From assembly GCF_001949145.1 (NCBI RefSeq), contig NW_019091355.1:181720-245719 (forward strand): a stretch of DNA of 64,000 nucleotides, in the 5' to 3' direction. Each line of letters opens with the position of its first letter. The first letter of the stretch is position 1. Origin of the DNA: Acanthaster planci (taxonomy: Eukaryota). Of this stretch, positions 28,201 through 38,035 are shown piece by piece. The notes under the pieces were generated by a model. It had not been told where the DNA came from, ran no database searches, and was given only the letters and a program-made list of their open reading frames with translations. A program made the position numbers and the translations under genes.

Positions 28201-31200
28201 AACAAATTACTAATTCGAAGTAACAAAGTACTAATCCGAAATAACAAATTACGCATCCGAAATAATGAAGTACTCATCTAAAATAACAAATTAATCATCC
28301 GAAAAAACGAATTACTCATCTGAAATAACAAATTACTAATTCAAAATAACGAATTACTAATCCATAATAACAAATTACTAATCCGAAATAATGAATTACC
28401 CATCCGAAACAACAAATTACTCATCCAAAATAACGAATTACTCATCCGAAATAACAAATTAATAATCCGAAATAACAAAATACTAATCCGAAATAAAAAA
28501 TTACTAATCCGAAATAACGAATTACTAATCCATAATAAGGAATTACTAATCAGTAATAATGAAGTACTATTCAGGAATAACAAATTACCAATCCTAAATA
28601 ATGAATTACTAATCCCAAATAACGAATTACTAATCCCAAATAATGAATTACTACTCCAAATTACGAATTACTGTTTGAAATAACAATGTACTTATCCGAA
28701 ATAACAAATTACTCATCCGAATTAACGAATTACTAATCTGAAATAACAAATTACTAATCAGAAATAATGAATTACCCATCCGAAATAACGAATTATTCAT
28801 CCGAAATAACAAATTCCTAATTCGAAATAACGAATTAATAATCCGAAATAATGAATTACTAAATTTAAATAAATTATTACTTATCAGAAATAACGAATTA
28901 CTAATTCGAAATAACGATTTATTAATCCGTAATAACGAATTACTAATCAGTAATAATGAATTACTATTCAGTAATAACAAATTTCTAATCCCGATGAATT
29001 ACTAATCCAAAATAACAAATTATTATTTGAAATAACGAAGTACTAATCCAAAATAACGAATTACTTATTTGAAATAACAAATTAATCATCCGAAATAACG
29101 AATTACCCCTCCGAAATAACAAATTACTCATCCGAAATAACGAATTACTAATTCGAAATAACGAATTACTAATTCAAAATAACGAATTACTAATCCGTAA
29201 TAACGAATTACTAATCAGTAATAATGAATTCCTATTCAGTAATAACATATTACTAATCCCGATGAATTACTAATCCCAAATAATGAATTACTAATCCCAA
29301 ATAATGAATTACTAATCCCGAATAACAAATTACCATTTGAAATAACAAAGTACTCATCCAAAATAACGAATTACTTATTCGAAATAACGAATGAATCATC
29401 TGAAATAACGAATTACCCTCTGAAATAACAAATTACTAATCCAAAATACCAAATTACTCATCTGAAATAACAAATTACTTATCCAAAACAACGAATTAAT
29501 CATCCGAAATGACGAATTACCTCTCCGAAATAACAAATTAATCATCCGAAATAACGAATTACTAATCCGTAATAACGAATTACTAATCAGTAATAATGAA
29601 TTCCTATTCAGTAATAACATATTACTAATCCCAAATAACAAATTACCCTCTGAAATAACAAATTACTAATCCAAAATAACAAATTACTCATCTGAAATAA
29701 CGAATTACTTATCCAAAATAACGAATTACTAATCTGAAATAACGAATTACTCATTCGAAATAACGAATTACTAATCCGAAATAACAAATTACTAATCCGA
29801 AATAACAAATTACTAATCCGTTATAACAAATTACTAATCAGTAATAATGAATTACTATTCAGTAATAACAAATTTCTAATCCCGATGAATTACTAATCCC
29901 AAAAAATGAATTACTAATCCAAAATAACAAATTATTATTTGAAATAACAAAGTACTAATCCGAAATAACAAATTACTTATTCAAAATAACAAATTAATCA
30001 TCCGAAATAACGAATTAAACCTCCGAAATAACAAATTAATCATCCGAAATAACGAATTACTAATTCAAAGTAACGAATTACTAATTCAAAATAACAAATT
30101 ACTAATCTGAAATAACGAATTACTCATTCGAAATAACGAATTACTAATCCGAAATAACAAATTACTAATCCGAAAAAACAAATTACTAATCCATTATAAC
30201 GAATTACTAATCAGTAATAATGAATTACTATTCTGTAATAACGAATTCCTAATCCCAAATAACGAATTACTTATCCCAAATAAGGAAATTACTCATCCCA
30301 AATAAGGAATTACTAGTCCAAAATAACGAATTACAATTTGAAAAAAAGAATAACTAATCCGAAATAACGAATTACTTATTCAAAATAATGAATTACTAAT
30401 CCCAAATAACCAATTACTTATCCCAAATAACGAATAACTAATTTGAAATAACAAATTATTAATTCGAAATAACGAAGTACTAATCCGAAAAAATAAATGC
30501 CTGATACCAAATAACGAATCACTAATCTCAAATAATGAATTACTAATCCCAAATAACAAATTACTTATCCCAAATTATGGATTGCTAATCCCAAATAACG
30601 AATTACTAATCCCAAATAACGAATCAATAATCTCAAATAACAAACTACTAATCCCTAATAACGAATCCGAAATAATGAATTACTAATTCGAAATAACAAA
30701 TTACTAATCCAAAATAACAAATTACTTATCCCAAATATCAAATTACTAATCCCAAATAACAAATTACTAATAGAAAATAACAAATTACTTATCCGAAGTA
30801 ACAAATTAATAATTTGAAATAATGAATTGCTAATTTTAAAGAACGAATTGCGAATTCGAAAGAACAAATTACTTGAGCCTCCAGATGGCACTGTTTTGCA
30901 TGGATTCTCATGTGATTCAAGGCATTCATGCTTCATATGTCAAAGGGTGCACCCCTAAAATTAAATTTACATAGACATCAATGATAAATCCATTTATTTT
31001 AAAATTATTTTTAAAATACAACTCTCATAGGTGTCCAAGCTGGACAGCAAAATGATTTTCGACATGTCGTCTTTCAATTTCCTTTGAATTATTAGTGGGT
31101 TGACGGATGAATTTTTGAGAAATTCCCACCCACAGCAGACCCCCCTAAACTGAAGGAAATTTCACTACCCATAAAAGTAGCCATTTTGAAAATGCATCCC

Positions 31201-32154
31201 TCTGCAATGTGCCTAAATATTGCCACTTTCAGACCAGATTGCATCCATATTGCTCAGAATTGGAAGCCCTGAATCCGGGCCAGAGGTTCAGTGCCATATT
31301 TCTTCAATTCCCCAATTCCACAGCTCTCAGGATAGAATATTTCAGGTGTATAACTTTTATCAGTGAGCGTGGCGGACATGTTTCTGGCCTACTTGCATGG
31401 GTGCAGCCCTAATTGCATATATATCTCTGATTTCCATGGCCATGGGTGCCTAGCTCCTGACACATCTCTGTTTGATGTGGAGAAATAATTTACAGTATTC
31501 CTTTCAAACAAAAACATTTTTTTTCTGCAGGTCCAATCCACTGTTTAACAAAAAGCTTAGTGATGAGTTTGAGAACAGATATGTAGAGACCCCAGAGGAT
31601 GCTGAAGAAGCAGCGGAAGACAAGAAGAAAGAAAAGATGAGGTAAAAGTTTGGAAATATATGCCTTGATGACGGGGGCAATATGATGTATACATGTAGGC
31701 ACCATTGCGAGGGGAATATGCACAGGGGTTGGCACTATTAAATATGGAGTGTACATGTAGAAGGGAATAAAATCACAGAGCAGTATCAGATTACATGGGA
31801 TTGTGGAGAAGTTTTATTTGTACAACTGCAAGATTATACTCCAGGCAAAGGATATTCAAGGATTTTTATGTAATGATACTTTTGACTAACCAAATGTTGT
31901 CGAGTATTTATGACTTTTTTTGGTCCTTATGCAGCAATGGACATGCCAAGCAGATAGCTGATGATTCCATTTCCAACAGCGAGGACCAGGAAATAGTTGT
32001 GGATATGTTTGATGACTCTGCCGACTATGAGGAGGTTCCAGACAATGAAACAGGTGACAAGCTTCTCATGGAGGTACTCGCCGACTACGATAAGGAAAAA
32101 AAAGGCCAAGTCAATCTGGCAGGGTTTGCTGAGCTGACAATCACAGAAATCTAA
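1276..32154 (+). CDS. Large cadherin-related protein, Cad87A/CDH23/CDHR2 family (5' end upstream of window; about 1834 aa visible)
   Basis: 36 GT-AG exons in one continuous frame: 1276-1448, 1678-1731, 2562-2657, 3315-3401, 6059-6190, 6545-6679, 7699-7783, 8060-8157, 8996-9193, 10306-10461, 10821-10976, 11247-11317, 11995-12235, 12685-12897, 13704-13779, 14276-14578, 15043-15312, 15943-16155, 16876-17195, 18084-18188, 18797-18983, 19840-20063, 20248-20448, 20784-20885, 21190-21322, 21814-22077, 23092-23211, 23565-23725, 24256-24344, 25043-25183, 25588-25656, 26107-26173, 26736-26863 (TM: WIQWLLVGILCAVVVFAVGLVATICIM), 27827-27931, 31531-31641, 31935-32154 (TAA). There are 13 DxND-type linkers (DVNDNDP, DQNDNAP, DINDNAP etc.) plus LDRE/LDFE and AxDxD motifs. 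Cytoplasmic tail YRRKLRAATAG...PNTNQFTEPGSNPL...LTITEI*. Confidence 0.92.
4248..4280. mobile_element. 33-bp TIR-only hAT-type MITE
   Basis: CAAAGATTGTA...TACAATCTTTG (11-bp perfect TIR) flanked by the 8-bp direct repeat GTCCTGGG (4240-4247 and 4281-4288). Confidence 0.8.
4660..5020 (-). mobile_element. Penelope-like retroelement remnant with degenerate hammerhead-type motif
   Basis: Minus strand 4795-4752 reads ACTCT-CTGGAGGA-C-GGCCAG-agcatc-CTGGCT-GAAAC-GTC-AAGT, the layout of the minimal type I hammerhead found in PLE terminal repeats. Boundaries are approximate. Confidence 0.5.
4794..4905. mobile_element. Short foldback MITE
   Basis: GTGTGCCGGGATGTGGAATTGGCGGGAAACCTTGGGTT (4794-4831) pairs imperfectly with AACCCAAGGTTTCCTGCCAATTCTGCAACCCTGCACAC (4868-4905). 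Confidence 0.6.
5544..5796. mobile_element. hAT-type MITE (CAAAGAT family), copy A
   Basis: TIRs CAAAGATCGTATAGCGCCG / CGGCACTATATAATCTTTG; 8-bp TSD GTCCTGAC at 5536-5543 and 5797-5804. Confidence 0.85.
6961..7252. mobile_element. MITE with about 25-bp TIRs
   Basis: CACGCTTACCTTACATACCTAATGT (6961-6985) and ACAGTAGGTATGTAAGGTAAGTGTG (7228-7252) are imperfect inverted repeats. Confidence 0.55.
9689..9816. repeat. Foldback palindrome/MITE, possibly nested in a larger CAGGGCT...AGCCCTG element (9286-10163)
   Basis: AAATGAGTGGATTGGGCTGAGACTTTGGTTTTGCTGGTT pairs with AACCAGCAAAACTGAAGTCTAAGCCGAATCCACTCATTT. The outer element has no convincing TSD. Confidence 0.55.
15675..15742 (-). mobile_element. 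Degenerate tRNA-derived SINE head
   Basis: Minus strand GGGCTCAGCAGGCAGAGCAC (A-box-like) ... GGTTCAAATCCCACTCTAGTC (B box). No intact cloverleaf. Confidence 0.5.
16195..16473. mobile_element. hAT-type MITE (CAAAGAT family), copy B, inverted relative to copy A
   Basis: TIRs CAAAGTTCATATAGCGCCG / CGGCGCTATATGATCTTTG; 8-bp TSD ATTATCAC at 16187-16194 and 16474-16481. The reverse complement of its right end matches the left ~85 bp of 5544-5796. Confidence 0.85.
16607..16730. repeat. Near-perfect 39-bp inverted repeat (foldback/MITE)
   Basis: TGAATTTTGGATTTTTGCCCTGCCCGACGTGTATTTTTT (16607-16645) versus AAAAAATACACGCCGGGCAGGGCAAAAATCCAGAATTCA (16692-16730), 2 mismatches. Confidence 0.7.
17485..17725. 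mobile_element. MITE with degenerate TIRs
   Basis: ACCCAGTAAGTCATGCGACCTAGTGGGTAT versus ATACCCACTAAAGGTCAGGTGACTTACAGGGT. Confidence 0.5.
22280..22894. mobile_element. piggyBac-like non-autonomous element spanning an assembly gap
   Basis: TTAA|CCACTACCTACCGGGG ... CCCCGTCATGAAGTGG|TTAA, with TTAA at 22276-22279 and 22895-22898. The interior 22374-22625 is N. Confidence 0.5.
26545..26678 (+). repeat. 67-bp tandem duplication
   Basis: AAGCGGAGTAGCCACTTTGATC..GGAATAAAGTCCTATACAGAT.GCACCCACTTTCATTACTGGT occurs at 26545-26611 and 26612-26678. Confidence 0.85.
27355..27629. mobile_element. PIF/Harbinger-like MITE
   Basis: TIRs GGCCCAATTTCACAGC / GCTGTGAAATTGGGCC with 3-bp CAG TSD (27352-27354 and 27630-27632). 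Confidence 0.75.
28069..30873. repeat. 21-bp tandem satellite (consensus CGAAATAACGAATTACTAATC), roughly 130 units
   Basis: Directly visible tandem array inside the cadherin intron 27932-31530. Confidence 0.95.
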
Positions 32155-34809
32155 GAGAGTAAGTATTGCAGAATGAAACCAGTCACAAGCAATAAATATA
32201 ACCTCAGACATTTCAGCGTATGAGTTTAGACTAAACAAACGTTTTTCTCTTTCTACACTGGAAGATATTGCTGATGTAATATTTTTAATGACAGGCCTCT
32301 GATTACCAGTCTAGCTGCATTGCTATTTTATCAGATGTTTTGAATAACACGCATGAGGTGCCTGTAAACTGTATTGACATGTTTTTACTTTTAGGAAACT
32401 TAATCCCTGAGTTTTTCACCAGAAGATATTGACTATTTTTGAGTCTTTAATTTTTAAGGTACTACTAATGTGATTTTTCAGGCAACACTTTGAATATTCC
32501 ATTTGATTGTAGCTGAAAACTTTAATGCAAAACCTGTTTGAAAGAATTTAATCTGAGACTTGCAGAAGGTAATTATTATTTCAGTTAATATGACAAGACT
32601 GTCAAAGGAACAGCCATTTATTGCTTCTGTCACCCAAAATATGTGATGGAAAACAGTAGGGTACACAGCTAGCAGTGTAGAATATAAGGTGCCAAGTAAT
32701 ATTTGTGTACTCTATTGCTTTACGTGCATGCACATGCACTTACTGTTACTTTATAAATACTCAGAGTGTATCTTTGTAAAAGACATAAGAAAATTCTAGA
32801 CACAGGTAGAGTTGTTGCAATTTAAAGGCACAATCAGCATTAAAGTTACTGCTCATTACAAATTAATGATTTGTATACATGAAGTCTGGTAGATCTTCCT
32901 TCAAATATTTCGATTGTGAATAGGATTCAAAGTAATCAAAGTATGAAATTAAAAGGTTACAAGCAGCAAACTATCAGAAAATCCCATGAGAATCTATTGC
33001 ATATCCTAGCCCACAGAAAGCCATATTATGCCATATAGCATTATGATTCTATGCTACAGAAATGTATAGCACCATAGATTTCCGTGGCATTTAGATCCCA
33101 CAGCTATGGTGCAAACGTGTACAGAACACACCAATTGTGCCTTCTAATCCAATCACTGTAGTATTACTAAATGTCTTGGAAAATACTTATGAAACAATTT
33201 TAGTCAAGGATATTATTTAAAGTGCAGTTGCATACGTTTCTGGTAACAGGTTTTGAGGCTTACATGTATATTATGAAAATCCATTTTCGTGTATATACAT
33301 ATTTTAAGCAATGCCAGCTTTTTTTTAAAAGTGCATGTATTTGAAAGTGCCATATTGATACCTACCGAATGTGAACGTCAGTGTGCATGTATTACCTTTG
33401 TTTAAAACATTTGTTGTGGATGACTTCATCAGACATACATGTATTTGAAAAGAGCAATTATATTTGCTTTGAACATGTTATAGATGCATAAAAATTATGA
33501 AGTGTAAAAGATTTACATATGCAGCATGGAATTGGAATAGTAGTGTTCACATGCACAGGTCTTGGCAAATAACTATGTTTGGAAGATTATCTTTAACTTT
33601 CTTTACGTTGTTGTTCTTTATAACAGTTTTGTATTACCAAAGTAATCCAGCTAAAGCAGCTTTAAATCACTAAATAACATGATTCCTGAAGGCTTTTATT
33701 GGATTCTTACAGAGTATGTTCCAAAATTAATTTAATGCAGGATTTTGATTTATGCAGCGCAACAAAACATGTACTCAGTGTGTTTGAAACTTTATTTTGG
33801 TAGAAAATATGCAAAATTTTTAACAGAAAGTTAAACTGTTTAGTTCCATGACTTAAAGTTGATGCAAAAAATCTTGCAGATATATTTGACTGAATGTCAA
33901 ACGTGGGGATTATGTGGTAAAAACCTAGATACCAAACAAATTTGGAACCAGGTCAATGCCTAACCTGCCTAAAACAGAGCAGTAATTTGTTGAGTTTTCT
34001 TTTGGCTTTGGTATACAAATATTTTAAGGGGTATGCCACTGCCTTTCTTTTTTGTGTTGTTGGTAAGGAATTAATACAGTCAGTAGCGCATGAAATAACG
34101 ATGTTGTGTTTACTCACCAATTTGAGTTTAACAAGTTGGACTTTATCCCACAAGGACATTCATGCAATTGGTTGTGAACATTGTTTAATCCTCAAATTTA
34201 AGGCAGTTCCATTGAAATAATTGAATCTTGAGTATAAAGACACTGCTGATGATTTTAGGTTTACTGGAGCCGTGCGTTGATACAGGTTCTGATATTGGCT
34301 CACATGTTATTCTTGTAAGATCCGGCTTAACACTTTCAGGTGTGGAAATAATTATTACCATTGATGTAACTGTTATATATCTATAAAGCAAAAACATTGA
34401 GAAATTCATTACTGTACAAAAAATTGGACTTTGCACGGTTGGACATTCCACGAGTATTCAGGATTGCAAAGTTCAACTCTTTGTGAGATGGCCGAGTGCC
34501 AGTGGTGTAGCCAAGATGAACTAGATTATTTCATTCTTTCTTCATTCAAGAAATTAAATTGAAATAACCTGAATAAATAATTACTTTTTTCCTCTCTGCA
34601 TATATCATGAATATATCATAAATATCCTCCATATTTCATCATCACAGAGGCTGTAGCAAAAGAAACATTTGTACTTTACCAGCAACTGTTTCGATTGGGA
34701 TTTTCCTTGAATAAAAGGGGCCATAATGTTTCGGTTTTTTGTGCCTAGTAGTTAGAGAGTCTATCCCCCGTTGAGGGCGTCAATATGCAATTTTTGAAAA
34801 AGAAGCTCA

Positions 34810-36035
34810 AACAGATCAATAGAGGGCGCTATTTATTTCTTTGATATCTAAAAAAAGCCTTCCAAAAAACTAGTTACAACTCATCAACAGAGGGCGGAAA
34901 ACTTGTGTATATTTTATGTTTAGATTCCAGCCTCGTTATCAACATGTTGCTTATGGTGCGAGCAGAAATGAAAACGAGGCTGCAAGCTCTATTGTATTCA
35001 ATTCATAATGAAATATATAGCGCCCTCTACTGACGAATCAAATACGCGAGTGTTACAGTAATTCAAGCAAAACGAAAACGAGGCTTCAAGCTGGGGTCTT
35101 TATATAATGGGAGATTGCAGCCTCGTTTTCGTTTCCCCGATGAAATATATACCGCCCTCTATAAATTAAGTCTATTGATAAGAATACAGCCTTCCCATAT
35201 AGTGTGAGCAAAACGAAAACGAGGCTGCAAGCTCCCATTGTATGTAATCGAAGGTTGCAGCCTCGTTTTCGTTTCAGCTCCGCAAGTATATAGCGCCCTC
35301 TATTGACGAGTTCAATTCAAGAACGTACTCGGCCTTGCTAATAACGGTATTGAGCAGTTAGAGCAGAAACGAAAACGAGGCTGCAAGCTTCCATTGTATA
35401 TAATAGAAGGTTGCAGCCTCGTTTTCATTTCAGCTCCGCAAGTATATAGCGCCCTCTATTGACAAATATATGGGAGAACAAAGCCATGCTACATATTAAG
35501 CCGTGCGTGGNNNNNNNNNNNNNNNNNNNNNNNNNNNNNNNNNNNNNNNNNNNNNNNNNNNNNNNNNNNNNNNNNNNNNNNNNNNNNNNNNNNNNNNNNN
35601 NNNNNNNNNNNNNNNNNNNNNNNNNNNNNNNNNNNNNNNNNNNNNNNNNNNNNNNNNNNNNNNNNNNNNNNNNNNNNNNNNNNNNNNNNNNNNNNNNNNN
35701 NNNNNNNNNNNNNNNNNNNNNNNNNNNNNNNNNNNNNNNNNNNNNNNNNNNNNNNNNNNNNNNNNNNNNNNNNNNNNNNNNNNNNNNNNNNNNNNNNNNN
35801 NNNNNNNNNNNNNNNNNNNNNNNNNNNNNNNNNNNNNNNNNNNNNNNNNNNNNNNNNNNNNNNNNNNNNNNNNNNNNNNNNTTATCTTCCATTTGTCAAA
35901 GAAATATGTGGCGCCATCTATTGACGAGTTTCAGCTAGGTTTTCGGATTACATTTCCTATAAAGTATTTGGTGCCCTCCTCGAACTTCCCTGAACTTCAT
36001 GTCTAGTTAATTTTTTCAACCTCTGCTGACGAGTT
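34810..36035. repeat. Tandem ~140-156-bp hairpin-bearing repeat with recurring GCGCCCTCTA(T/C)TGAC motif (contains N gap)
   Basis: GAAAACGAGGCTGCAAGC-type motif at ~34970, 35073, 35214 and 35370; the last three are each followed by the inverted arm GCAGCCTCGTTTTC (35118, 35257, 35413). GCGCC(C/A)TCTA(T/C)TGAC at 35020, 35293, 35449, 35911. Confidence 0.75.
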
Positions 36036-36400
36036 TTAGCCAATGTTTTGACCTTCATGAAAATGGATTTTTGGATATAAGACTATTTATTACCCGCATT
36101 TTCACCAGTTTCTTACATTTCATTTACAGTACATGTACTTTGGCTTCTGTTTAAAACTAGTTTTTCTAAGTTGGAAATGTTTGCTGCCCTTTATTGCTTG
36201 AACTTGTTTCTGAGATTACATTTTTGGCAAAGATTAATGAAGATCTGTAAGACAGCATGAAAATAATGTGTTCAAAAAACATGCGCAAGGTTTAACTTAT
36301 CATCAGGATATGTAATTTTATTCAAATTACTTGAATAGAGACAAATGATGACAATCAGCAGAAAAGGGGGGAATCACTGTTTTCATGAAGAGACACCCAT

Positions 36401-36876
36401 ATGGGTCGAGTTCGGGCGGCCTTTTCTTGACACGGGTTTCTTGTTCTCACGCTCGAACGGCAGGAACACGACTCAAGAACATTGTTCTCGGAACAGGATC
36501 ACACACCACCTCCTCGTCAGGGTTTTACAGGAACACATGGAAAAACTCGTGAGATTTTGATTTTTGACCAGCTGCAAAAAGTAGAGAGATGGCTTCCAAA
36601 ACCATAGACAATGGGAAGTTTTTCAAAATTAACATTCATTATTTTCTGTAACACAGAAATGAATGTTCCTGTTTATATAGAAAAGAATTCGGCCCATCCA
36701 AACATTAACTCTCGAATAACATTGCCTACATGGACACCGCCATGTTGCATGTTGCTTGTCACTAACTACCAGCGATAACTGGTAGTTTGTTCCTGGCGTT
36801 CAAGCAGCCGACCCACCAACAACAAATTGAGCTGTTCGTGAACATACGGGAACAAGCCACCCGAACTCGGCCATGG
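36401..36876. mobile_element. Foldback element with nested imperfect inverted arms (probable MITE)
   Basis: GTCGAGTTCGGGCGGC (~36405) pairs with GCCACCCGAACTCGGC (~36856). GCTCGAACGGCAGGAACACGACT (36451-36473) pairs with AGTTTGTTCCTGGCGTTCAAGC (36784-36805). Confidence 0.5.
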
Positions 36877-38035
36877 ATTACGAAAAAAACAGGTGTTAGG
36901 ATAAGCACAATTAAGAGAAGTTTCTTCCATATTTTAAATTGCAAAAACTACAACATGTATTCTACATATATAAAACTTTATGCAGTTAAGAAACCTCTGA
37001 ATGATTCTTTTAAGTGTCAACTTTTACATGGTCCCAGTAGCTAGAAAAAACACATTTGTTAATTAGCTGAAATCAATTAGTACAAATTTGATTCTCTTCC
37101 TGAAATTAAAAAATTCACACTTTCCTTCATTCTAGCCCTTCTGTTCAATTTTACCTGCAAGCCTGCATTACAAGCTCAGGCAATTGCTGCTGTAAATGTA
37201 AGATATTAATGTTTTTCTTGGTGAAACGTCAATCTCAGTTGACCTATTTTTATGCTTATCAGGGCAATATGTTTTGCACACGTACATGGGACAGGAATGT
37301 TGGTCTTCCTTCATAACGCATAGTGTAGTTATGGAGATGCCTACCCCTAACATCATAAATGTAATTTAGAAATAAATGATTTTTGCTTGTGGAAGCATGC
37401 TAAAATAGTTAAATTTGATGCTTTGAAGGAAAACTAACAAAAGTATCGAAATAATAAAAAAAGTTTTTGACATTTTCCATCTCTTAAAGAAAACAGTGGC
37501 AAAATGACTACATGTACAAACCTGAGGTTGTGGTATATTTGGACTTAAAATACTCAACACACAGCACATGGTAGACTCTATTTTTTTCTAAACATCGAAG
37601 CCTCGGTAGTCATCTGTCTTTGCATTACCAACAGAAATAATAAAACTTGGCCCGAAAGCTCTCTTGCTAGCTAGTGACATGTCAAGTAGAGCTCTTACGT
37701 CACAATAAACCATGCAGACAATTTCTAAACTCCCATGAGCTTGCAAAAATACTGTGATAATTAAAGCTAACAGTTTGAAAGCAAACACACAGAAACTATT
37801 GTAACACAGAAATCCCTGCCAGTTTGACAAGTGAAGAGTGAGTAGTTTTACAATGAGGGCATTGGATTTCAACATTTAACAGGACAGATTAAACCTGGCC
37901 TGATTCATTACTGTTTTCAAAATAACCTCGACTGCTGACTTTGATTTTATTCTAATATATCCTCCAAATCTCCAATATCAAAACTTGATACTGGCTTGTT
38001 TTCTTGCAAGCTCATCTCTCTGTCAGAATCTTCCA

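Noticed and set aside
28069..30873. CRISPR-like array
   Set aside because: Units are contiguous with no unique spacers, there are no cas genes, and the context is a eukaryotic intron.
28053..30936. Minus-strand ORFs with RISNSLF heptad or LRR-like repeats
   Set aside because: These are translations of the 21-bp (7-codon) satellite, with frequent stops and frameshifts and no splice structure.
35425..36006. ORFs spanning N runs (also 3785-4161 and 22234-22750)
   Set aside because: Artefacts of assembly gaps. The cadherin frame is continuous across its two gaps, so no exon needs to be hidden there.
36300..36910. Telomerase RNA, RNase P/MRP RNA, hammerhead (CTGACGAG...GAAAC), or a reversed/complemented gene segment
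   Set aside because: There is no CTAACCCT template and no RNase P/MRP conserved regions, hammerhead stem II cannot close, and reversed or complemented readings give no recognisable protein.
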